Source: Oikopleura dioica (taxonomy: Eukaryota > Animalia > Chordata). Taken from it: DNA of 64,000 nucleotides. Shown here piece by piece: positions 13,030-23,544 of this stretch (positions within the stretch are counted from its first letter, which is position 1; the number at the start of each line of letters is the position of its first letter). The stretch spans positions 10,230,001-10,294,000 of the forward strand of contig OU015569.1 in NCBI GenBank assembly GCA_907165135.1, read 5' to 3'. The notes below the pieces were generated by a model that searched no databases, had not been told where the DNA came from, and saw only the letters and a program-made list of their open reading frames with translations. A program made the translations under genes and the position numbers.

Positions 13030-13636
13030 AAACGTACCTGAAGTATCTTAGAAATGGTCTAAGATCTAAAGTTTTAAAAACTTACTTCGTCTAGCTTCTC
13101 ATACAGGAACTTCCTATTTGATTATATGATAGTATATTCATATTGTATGAATCATATAATACGCTCAACTTTTTTTGAACAAGACATTCTTTGCTTCATG
13201 CTGTTCACAATTGAACTCACTATCGCAGCTTTTACTTTCTGTCTCACCATCGAAAAGTCTCATCATTTTCTCGTTATCAATGTTAACTTATCATCTCCAG
13301 CTCTAATCTTCAATAAATTTCTGGAAAAGATATCTTCCAAATAAATCCCAGTAATTATTATTATTGTTAATAAGTACTACAATCCATTAAATTGTAGTAC
13401 TTATTCGGTTGTACTTAGTTACAGTAGTTCGATGATTGTAAAGTGACGTCGATAATTGGTCAGAGAATGAAGTGGTAGTTTGACTATTGTGGGAAGAGAA
13501 CTGCCTATTCCCAGGGACGATTTACGGCGTCCACAAATTAAGCGGTCGTTATTTTCAAAATTTTAATCGAGCTCAAATATCAAAGTGAGCTAATGTTCGC
13601 AGGTGCCTTGCAGAATCTCGTCTCACACCCTGAAGA

Positions 13637-16600
13637 ATGCTCTTTCAGAATAATTTCAAGACGAGAGAGGAACTTTTCAGAGCAGTCGAAAATGCTGATA
13701 TCAGAAAAATCAGAGAACTTATCCGAACTGGCGTCGATGTTAAAGCCACTGATAAGAAAGGCAGAAACATTATCATGACTTCTATGAAGCTAAAGAAAAA
13801 GTCAGAATTTCAAAGGTACGCTTCACAAAAGTAAAGCAAACGAAAGTCTGTAGCGTTAAATTAACGTTTTTATTGCTCTAAACTCAACTTCAATAAAAAC
13901 CCTAACCCTCACCCTAACCCTAAGATCTTGATTTGAGAAATAATTTTCACATTTTATCATAAATCTATTTTTATTGTATTAAAAATGCCGTTGTAAATTT
14001 CAAAATATGAGAAAAATTCACTAAGTAATGAAGAAATACTAAATTTACAACAAAAAAATTAAGGGAGTTGTTCCGCGAAATACGAAGAATCGACCGCGGA
14101 TTCTACACTCTGCCCGTGGTGAGTCCTCTTTGTTTTCAGCAACACGCGCCGCGCTGTCTATCACTGTTTGCGGGGAAATAACTTTTTCTGACTTTTGGAA
14201 GAAAGTTTAATATTTCTCTGACTAAAAATCCACTTCCACTCGAGTTGTCGAGAGTCTTACGAGCTTCAGACTAGATTCTGCTTTTGACGAAAAAGATTTT
14301 TTTTTTCAAAAAATTGAATTTTTAGTTGGTGGAGATGGTTACGCTCAAAGATATCGATGGGAGAACTGCGCTCCATCATGCTGTTCTTGAGAGGAACTTG
14401 GCGGCAATAACGATGTTAGCTTCAAAAGGCGTAAGTCTTTTTTCTTGTTGATTTTTAAAGTGGCTTCCCAAGATTACCTGATATTTATTACTTTTTTCTG
14501 AAACTATCATTAATCTAACTCGGCTTAAATCTTTCGAAATTAATCGCTTTCGCCTTGTGTTTTAATGGCTCCTTGGAGATAACAAGGACCACTCATATCA
14601 ACTTCTATTTATTGTCAAAAAAAGAACAGGATTAGAAATATTCTCAGTAGCTTTTACGTCAACCTTGACAGTAGCGAAATGCATAGGCAAATAGTAGTCT
14701 CGTTAAATGTTTTTGCTCGGGTCAACTGTATTTAGAAAGGTGCACTCTAAGAAATTTCCAAAATATCAAAACGGTAGTTTTTATGGTTTGTAGATCGAGC
14801 TGGATGAGAAAGATGAAAACGGCGATACCGCGCTTCATTTGGCTGTTGCTGAGCCAGAGAATTTGTACATTGTCAAGGAAGGAATTTCAGAGAGCAATAA
14901 AGTTTAAAAAACTGAATAAATAGGAGAATTCTGTAAAGACTCTTCTTGAATTGGGAGCAGCTAGGCATCTGAAGAACGATTCAAGTCTCACTCCGCAGAA
15001 TATTGCTGAAATCAATTCGCAGACAGAGAAATCAGAAGAAGCGCGCAAGAAATACGCTGCAATCGTCAAGGTAGATTATTTATCCAGGTTTACCGATGTT
15101 TACCAAGTGTTCTTTGAAGGCATTTCGACAAAAGAAATTCGCAAAAGTAGCAAACGCTCAAACAGCAATGACAAAAAGGTAACTCCTGAACCGAAAACAA
15201 CGATAGAAATAAAATAGCACGGAAATGGGCGATCTTGGAGCCAGGGATCCGAGATTTTGTCGTCTGGACGATCGCCCACTTTTCAGGCGCGATTTGAGTT
15301 ATCGCGCAGGAGCTAAAATTCTGATCGCGCGCTCAAATGCGCAGCGTTTAGGCGCGATGGCAAAAACTCGCTCTCTCGGTGATGGGGCGATGAATTTCGA
15401 TCGCGCAGCCCCATCAGGCCGACAAAAAATACTCGCGCGTTCAAATGCGCAGCGTTCAAGCGCGATGGTATAAACTCGCTCTCTCGGTGAGGGTGCGATG
15501 ATTTTCGATCGCGCAGCCATATAACGCCGATAAATAATACTCACACGCTTCAAAATGGTCGAAAATCTGCCGAGCGGGAGTGCAAGGTGGCGCTTGGTTT
15601 CAATTTTGCCGACCTAGTCGGCGCACGAATCAAATGATCAGCGTGAGATTGCTGACTAAGTTGACCGATTTTTTTGAAAATTCAATTTTTGGATGTCACA
15701 CGAAAAATCTGCGGGTTGTCCGGAAAAAAATGCCGGGTAAAACCAAAGGACTCGAAATCAACAGCCATGGTTAACACTTTAATTCGACTAAGTTGTCCAT
15801 CTCCTCATAAGAGAGCCGACAAACAAAATGTAAATTTGTACTGACCTCCCGCAACGTAACCTACAAATAAGTCGTGCTAATCGCTGAGAGTGACTCTTGG
15901 CACCGGAAATATGCGTAAAATCTGACAATTTTTCAAAAGAAAAATTTTTAAGGTAATTGGATTCTGATGTTAAGCCAACTTATGACTGAAAAATATATTT
16001 TTATTGGTTTTTGAACATGCAGATTTCGAAAATTTCATAAAAATTATATTGGATATATTGAAATCGCCTTATAAATGCCTTTTTCTTCTTCTAATTTTGG
16101 CTAAACATCACGCGCCATCGTTTAATCGTGTAGCTTACTCCAAAATGACAGTGTTTTATCGAGAATCAAGGGGTCCCCCCATGTTGAAATTTTCATGGGC
16201 GAAAATATGGTGTCGCGCACAGCCAGGGTGGCCGAAAATAAGTTATCGCGCTCTCGGGCCCACCGCGATGAATAATCATCGCTCCTGAAGCGCGAGGGCG
16301 CAGGGAAACCATCGGCATATTTTTGACTAATCCAGCCCGCCGATGGGAATTTTTCGCGCTGCGCGCCTAGGAGCGAAAATGATTGTCGCGCGCTGAAGAG
16401 GAGCGCTAGGTGCGCGATCGTCCAGACGACAAAATCTCGGATCCCTGCTTGGAGCCTTCAAAAACGCGCTCTACGCAGGGGGAAACATCACGATGATGAA
16501 CTACAAGAACGAAAATGTTATCCACAAGGCAGCCTGGTTCGGCCGTTTGAATATCTTCACATCGATTCTGGAAGGGCCGCAAAATGCACAGCACTTGCCA

Positions 16601-16993
16601 GGATTGGTAAATGCACGTGATAGCGCAGGGTGCACGCCACTGCACAACGCTGTCATCAGAAACCATTACGACATGGTGGATGCCTTGATGGAGAATGGCG
16701 CGGATCCAAACATCCAGGTTTGAAAAAAATTTTCCGAAAAAATAATAATTGAAATGCGCAAAAAGGACAACATGGGAATGACTCCAATCATGGAAGCGGC
16801 TTTCTGGGACAAAGTCGATCTCCTCGAGCTACTACTTACTCGAAAGCCGAAGCTCTCCTTCAAAGACAAGCACGGTACATCATTTGCATCGCGTTTACCA
16901 TCTTTTAACGCGATTGTAGGCCGAGACGTTTACGAAATCGCGCGACGGCGACGAGCTCGGCGCTGTTTTGTCGCTCTGCGATCTCGAAATTAG
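13637..16993 (+). CDS. Ankyrin-repeat protein (multi-exon; one exon interrupted by a TIR element)
   Basis: Repeated ankyrin motifs DIDGRTALHHAV, DENGDTALHLAV, ENVIHKAAWFG, DSAGCTPLHNAV, DNMGMTPIMEAA. Exon phases are consistent from 14794 onward; exons between 13.8 and 14.3 kb are less certain. Confidence 0.85.
13898..13923 (+). repeat. Short telomere-like (CCCTAA)n tract in an intron
   Basis: aaccctaaccctcaccctaaccctaa, about 4 units. Confidence 0.55.
15242..16447. mobile_element. Non-autonomous hAT-type element (1206 bp) inserted in an ankyrin-gene exon
   Basis: Perfect 34-bp TIRs (CAGGGATCCGAGATTTTGTCGTCTGGACGATCGC); 8-bp TSD CTTGGAGC at 15234-15241 and 16448-16455; ATCGCGC/GCGCGAT subterminal repeats; no transposase ORF. 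Confidence 0.93.
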
Positions 16994-17697
16994 CCCCGAA
17001 GAAGTCATCATACCTACGCTACTTTGAACTCCGACTGATAATAAACAAAACACCTTACTTTTTAAAGAGATTTTAAATATTATTTATTCATTCATTTTGT
17101 CAGTTGAAAGATTTCAATGTTCCAAGATGTTTTAAAATTTAAATTGAACGAAAAAAGAAAGGAAAACGAAAAGTTTACGACCGATGCAAGTGTTTCTGTA
17201 GGACTAGAATAGACGCAAGAATAAATAAACTCGATGATTCGGAATTTGATTTGTGAAGCGACTTTTTGAATGTTGTCGGATCATTTTAATGCATTAAGAA
17301 AATGATGCCAACAAATTATAATAAAAACAAAATCGCATTAGATTTAAACGAGTCAATTGAAATGGTCGTTCTCGTGGTCAGGGAATGCTTAATCCGTTTA
17401 CTTGGCTAAGCGGATGGCAAAAGAAGGAACATAGAAGAAGAGCTAAAGTTTAGCTGCTAAACAGAAGAATATGTATGTGTTTGCAAATAATATATTAAAA
17501 AAGAAACTTGGATAAATATATCTGAAGTAGGGTCAGCAAAGGAAAGTGCTTGAGACGGAAGTTGTTTTGTTGAGTCTGTTTCATTAGAAACAGAAGCAGG
17601 ATTCAGTGTATTATTGCACGTTTAGAGCTAAAAACGCGATAGAATTGAGCATTTATTTTTTCTTCCTACCTGGTTTTATCAAGTCTTGAAAAGATGC

Positions 17698-20600
17698 TTA
17701 TTTCGAGAATTTCGGTGGAGAATGATACTCCTGAAAACGAACGATTAAAGAAGAAGGGAAAGCTGTTTTGGTACCTGACTGTTCTGGTGGTTTCCTGGTG
17801 AGCTTTCCATCTTGAGTCCTGGAGGCATCTGAAGGTAGTTTGGCGGCAAAGGGGTAGATGTAGGGCTCATTGGCGGGGTCGGGAAGACGCCGTGGAAAGG
17901 AGAATAAGGATACACTGCCTGAATTAATTATTGAAATCAACGAGGGAGGCATCTTTCGCACCCTTTGTCTAGTGACGTCCGCAGTCGGCATGAAGGCATT
18001 GTGCGCAACAGGCATCATCATTGGCGCATGAGCATAAAGCATTGCTTGTTGCTGCATCGCAAAGTCAGTAGGAATCAAGGCTAAAAGACGCGTGAACAAA
18101 CGGGCACAAATTACAGCGTTCTGTTCTGGCGCATTCTGAAAATAACACCAGATCAGAACAAGCTTAGAAACGCGGCAAGTTAACGAGAACTTGCCACGCT
18201 AGCTGCTGAATTCGCACCGGTCGATGACCTCGATGAAGTCATCCCTTATTACCAAAATTCACCATACATAAGGCAAAGTCACCTGATCTTAATTCAGTAC
18301 CACCAGGTTTTGTTCGGCTGTTTTTCTTTTACAAAAAAAAAGCGATCCTCAGCCGGATAAAACAAAATCACCAATTTCGATAGAAAAAAAAACAACCCGA
18401 CAAAGCATTATGGAAGACTAAAGAAAGATGGCCTTGGCGTACAGTTATTTGGAAAAGTTAATATATACATGGCTGAGGAAGTGTGTTAGTAAGCGAATTC
18501 AGCAGCTACTAAATTATTGAATGCATACTCATTCCAGGAGGGGCCTGCACTCCGTTACGGTTAAGTGTGCCACCCATTAACACCAAATTCATTTCATCCC
18601 CCGAACATTGGAACACCTCAACATATCTAAACTCCAGTTAGAGATTGAGTCCGAGCGTTATTTCGCGCAACATGTCAAACCTAAGCGGGCGAATTTAAAA
18701 AATCAAAATTGCGATCTAAAATAAAAGAAAAATACGAGTTAAAAATTTTGGAGAAGATTCGAAAAGAGCTCGCTTAGGTCGACAGAAGCATTTTGAAATG
18801 AAAACTCATAGATTGGCATTTGCCTGCGACGAGTTTTTCGCCTCCTTCACCAGCACCACCAGCACCGATCACATGGAGCTTCGTGTGAAGTGGCAGAGGG
18901 GTGAACACTTTAACCTACCGTTCGCCCATATGTTTCTTATGACAGCCCCCTTTGTTCACGTCGAGGGCGACTCGAGATGCGAACTCAGGCGCTTGAAGTT
19001 GAATGAAGGCATCGCCAGAAGGTCGACCCTAGAATACCAATGTTACTTCGTCAATTTAGACAACACTTGAGGTCATCTATTTTCAGGCTTTGGCTTATGA
19101 GTGGGCTCATGGATATTTATGGAGGCTGGTCCTAAAGGAGCTTGTTTGCAAAACAGACTTTCGGAGGGATCGGAGTTTTTGCTCCGACCATGCCTAAAAT
19201 GCCACTTTTGGCAGGTCACTGAGCCAGCTCACTGGACCAAGCGCCTTCGCCTCATGGACGATAAACAACCGCTTCGACTAAATATTTTTATTCTCCTTAT
19301 CAACTCTTTGTGGTTTGTGGCCGGCTTTACAAAGCTATATCTATCTTATCGAGCTAATGCCGTAACAAAGATAATAACACGAGAATTAGCGGATTGAGTT
19401 AACTCAGCCATGAAAGTAAAATAATATAAATTTAGAGAAGCATGACTAACCTGCTGATTGAGAACCATGTGAACTCCTGCGGGGAGAATGAACTGAGAGC
19501 TTTCTCCGAGAAAGTTCATTATATCTTCTAGCGTGGCTGAGTAGGGCATTCCTCGGAGACGGACACAGTTGCGTACCTAAATTCAAGTGTTTCTATTTAG
19601 ACTTTGATAACAATGAAAAATGTGATAGATATCAATATAGCAAGTTCTTCTCATAAAGAAAAGAGTCTATTTCCTAGCGGAGAAAGAAAATTGCCAAATA
19701 GATATTTTTATCTACGACGCAATAATCACATGTGAGATAATCAAAAAGCAATGGATCAATTACAACAAAAAAAACTCATGCAACAAACAAGTATTTGCGA
19801 AGTACCTCATCGTCGGGTATCATAGGCGGCTGAAAGGTGTCAGAAATGGACGTTTTAGTGAACTTACGGATGATGGAATGAATTGCTGCGGTTGGGCCAT
19901 CATAAATGTGTGACTTCCTGGAGGGATAATTGGCGCCGCCATTGCTCTGGTGAGGACCTTAAGTTTGTCTCTCTAGTTTTTTGATCGATCAAACTGTGAC
20001 ACGAGCTTTGTACGCGTGACGATAGAGGGTTAACGGAGCCCAAGCACGTTAAAAGAAAAATGAATTTTGGAAACTTGCACTTTGGAGATTTGCGTTTTGG
20101 AAAATGGAAGTTGCCGAGCGCGGAGGGCGGCCGAGGAAGTTTCTTGCCCCCGAGCCAGACGAGGTGGTGGCGAAGAAGCTTTCGAACTACTAAATCCTCG
20201 AGCTACGAAATCGTCTCGAGCGGAACAATTGGCGAAACACGCCTAGTTCTTACTGCATCGATCAAGAATGCAATGATGGAACCTTCTTGGAATGTGCTTT
20301 TAGCATTTAAATAGACTTTTCTCAAAAAGATTTGATTATGCTCTTGAAAAGATTCTGGAAACATCCTCTGACTGAATTACTTTCGAAAAATTAGGCTTTA
20401 TTTACCTGGTGAAGTTCAGCACCGGTAGAGCGGAACACCTCCACATATCGATCTCGCAGGTTCGCCTGAACAACGATAAAGGTCAAGCACATCCGCGAAC
20501 CATAATCCTTTTAGAACTAGAAGTAGGCACGACTTCTCGGAGAAGTGGAATGGCGTTATTCCCTGATGCATGAATTTTTCACAGAATGTGAATTTCGATA

Positions 20601-23163
20601 ATTCGAATGACAAACCTTGTGGCGACCAAGTGCTTGAACCGCATCATCCTCACTGGCGAGCAAAACAAAGGCATCCCCTGTCGGCTTGCCCTCCGCTGTC
20701 TTGATCAAGAAAATGCCGTCTTTTCCGTTTACGATATGAATGTCACACAAAAACTCGAGGATGTCTTGTTTGGTGGCGGAGAAAGGAAGCCCTCTCATCC
20801 TGGCGATGGCGGCGCTACCCTATCGAGCAAGTAAGGTTTATTTTTGTTGTTAACTCATGCCTGTCCAAGGAACCTTTCTACTTGAGGGAGTGTTCCGGCG
20901 TTCATTTGGATAAAGTCAATGGATGGAGCTTTGAAAACTTCAATGTATCGGTTGCCCATGTGCTGACGGTGCCGTTGTAGTGCAAGATTTCTGATTACCC
21001 GGTTCAAAAAAACATTCCAATCGAAACTTTGAATTTGAGTGGTAAATAGTTAGAATAAAAAACCCTGCCTCCGATTTTAATTTCATGATAATTTCAAAAT
21101 TACGAGTATAGCTGAAATATTGAGCAATAAGAGCTAAGAACCGAACCTGTGTTCTGAGTTTTCAAATCGAATAAGTGCTTCTCCTATCAAAGGTTCATCA
21201 TGATTGTATATTTGGTGCTGAGAAAAAAAAATGTGGATGAAACTTTATCCTGATCTGCGTCCATTTTGATTAAGAACGAGCGAGACTCCACCAGAAGGGA
21301 TGTTCAATCCACGGAAAAATTTCGCGAGGTCGTGATCTGAACACTGCCAAGGGATTCCGCGCACTCTTACACAGGTGTCTTCTTCCACGATTTCATGACC
21401 ACTTCAGAATCGATAAATCCAAATATTGCCTTTTCAAATGACTTACCATGCTCTTGTTAGCAGACGTGAACTGATCATTTCCATAAGATTATTGAAGTCA
21501 CATTTGAAGTCTTCAAGTAGCTTTTGTTCAACTTTGGCCATATCTAGCAGCTTATCTCCTGTTGATCTTAACCTTAGATGCTCTATAAAAAATTTATGAT
21601 CATCGACGAAAGTTTTTCTGACTAACCTAAGATGTCTTCGAAATTAAAGTAAAGAGGTGTGTGTGGGATGGACTTTCTGAAGCATTTTCGTAGGTCCACA
21701 AAGTGATGGAGACACTGCGGCAGTGTCCGACCAAACTTAGCAGCCAAGGGATGCAAATACTGACGAAGCCACTCAGGTCCGTCTGTTACAGTTAGAAACT
21801 TTCCAGAAAGGGCTTGGACATCATTGGCGAACTGGTTCAGAAGACGGCGGCTATTACAAGAGGGGGAGTCGCGAGTCAGCTCCTTTTTCCACACGATTTC
21901 GCCTGTTTTTGTATTGTACAAATGGTACTTTATGAAGCCAATCGTTATTTTCTGAAAAAAAAATAGACATTTGTTGATAAATCCCTGCGTTGATAAAAAT
22001 GGAACTGAAGCAAGAAATACTTTTACTTGAGTTTATTTACATGAGTGGTGAGCACCTACCAGGGCCGCCAAAAATCAGTGGTATTTTCAGTGGACTGAGC
22101 AGTCTGCAGAAGAATTTGTGAAAGTCTGAGACGTTCAAGAAAGAGATTTTGGTTGTACAAAATAAAAGATGAAGAAGGAATTTGATAACCAGGAGGACTT
22201 TCAGTCGAAGATTGAGGCGAAGGCGTGCTACCGATTGAACGTGGTCGTTTCTCATCAGGTGTCGTCGAATAATTGTCGTTCAAAGCTCGTTTAGGTACTC
22301 TGATGTTGGGGAGTGGAAGGGTCGGTATAGGAGAATCGGCAGTCAGTGAATTAATGGCAGCTTCCAAAAGACCTGCTCTGGAATGAAACCTCTGTCGTAC
22401 CGGTGAGTGTCCCATTGATTCGAGTGTCGTTTTCAATGATTCAAAGGACTGGTTTAACTTGTTCCTGTAAGACGCGCAAGCTTCTTTGTTGCTCAGTTGA
22501 GTCGAAGGGTAGTTTTGGAAGGAAGAAGTCTTGATTGGCATCTTCGTCAGCATCGCGATCGCCCCATCGATAATTCGAAAACGATTCCAGTCCGAAATGT
22601 CGGGAAAGTTAGGTTCGACTAGCCTTCGAAGTTCCGAAAAGCGTGAATTCAACTTGTTTCGGGACTTTTTGGAGAAGTCAGTGTTGGTCTTTGGGATGTT
22701 CATAGTGATGATTTTGCTTGATTGTTTTTGAGAACTGATTTGAGTTTCTCGGAAAGCAGGGTTGCTTATAAGTCGAAAATCAAGCGGCGCTGTTTGGGAT
22801 CAAACATAAACATCTGTTCTGACAGGAGATAGCTTCCTTCTGAGGACAGGGGAAAGCAATCAAGAGATGAGAGGAAGAGAGAGGTCAGAAGTCGGTTCAT
22901 TAACGCGCGCAGCTGCGAACGCTGAACAAGCTGATGGCACCTGATCGCATGAGGATGATGGTCTCAAAGGAGCCATCTTGTAAAAGTATGAATGCATCCT
23001 GTGATCTTTAGTGACATCAAAGAATTCAATTGATAATTCAAAGTTTCTCTTTGAAGAATAATAATTTTGAAAAAAATAAAAATGAAAATTATACCTGGGG
23101 TCCAGGGTGGTCAGGGTGAAACTGCAATATCTCTGGATTAGCGCAAACATTTAAGAGTAGCAT
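17698..23163 (-). CDS. ESRP: Epithelial splicing regulatory protein / fusilli
   Basis: N-terminal DnaQ-like region ([16 protein letters not shown]) and three quasi-RRMs: [63 protein letters not shown]...[10 protein letters not shown]...[24 protein letters not shown]. Exon 1 (23095-23163, 23 codons) joins in phase to the exon starting at 21951. Confidence 0.92.
22056..22703 (-). CDS. Intronless tandem double-HLH protein with C-terminal WRPW (Groucho/TLE-binding), nested in ESRP intron 1
   Basis: HLH1 [18 protein letters not shown]...[16 protein letters not shown]2 [17 protein letters not shown]...[13 protein letters not shown], ends DFWRPW-stop. TATAAG ~22765-22770 and AATAAA at 22032-22037. 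Confidence 0.85.
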   Translation of the reverse strand: MNIPKTNTDFSKKSRNKLNSRFSELRRLVEPNFPDISDWNRFRIIDGAIAMLTKMPIKTSSFQNYPSTQLSNKEACASYRNKLNQSFESLKTTLESMGHSPVRQRFHSRAGLLEAAINSLTADSPIPTLPLPNIRVPKRALNDNYSTTPDEKRPRSIGSTPSPQSSTESPPGYQIPSSSFILYNQNLFLERLRLSQILLQTAQSTENTTDFWRPW

Positions 23164-23544
23164 TCTCTTTCAAGAAGCAAAAATATATGTATTTTTTGTA
23201 AGTTAGGTTTTCAACAAAAGAAATCTTGAGAAGCAATACCGGATTCCGAAATAGTTTTTCAAGTGGCCAGATCAGCCACACGATGGATCCCACGGACAAT
23301 GGAAACTACAAAGTCAAACAAAACTACAACCCTGGACACCTGTTGAGTTTCTCACTTCCTGCAGCAAGAAGCAATCCGACAAATAAGCACTTTGCAAATT
23401 TTCGAAGATATCCGAAAATGAGTTAGCCCAGCTGGAGAAGGAGCAAACACCAAAACACAATTTTTGGTCGATACTTTCAGAGTTTATTTGAATGAAGTTT
23501 CAATTGACAGTCTTTCGGTTTATTTTGTTAAATTTACAGCATTT

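Noticed and set aside
13898-13923. Telomeric repeat as a chromosome-fusion scar
   Set aside because: Only ~4 imperfect units in one orientation within an intron.
15225-16288. Short ORFs inside the 1.2-kb hAT element
   Set aside because: They derive from subterminal repeats; no transposase motifs.
22860-23150. 96-aa ORF as ESRP first exon
   Set aside because: Its frame ends in phase 2 at the donor; the ATG at 23163 in another frame matches the next exon's phase.
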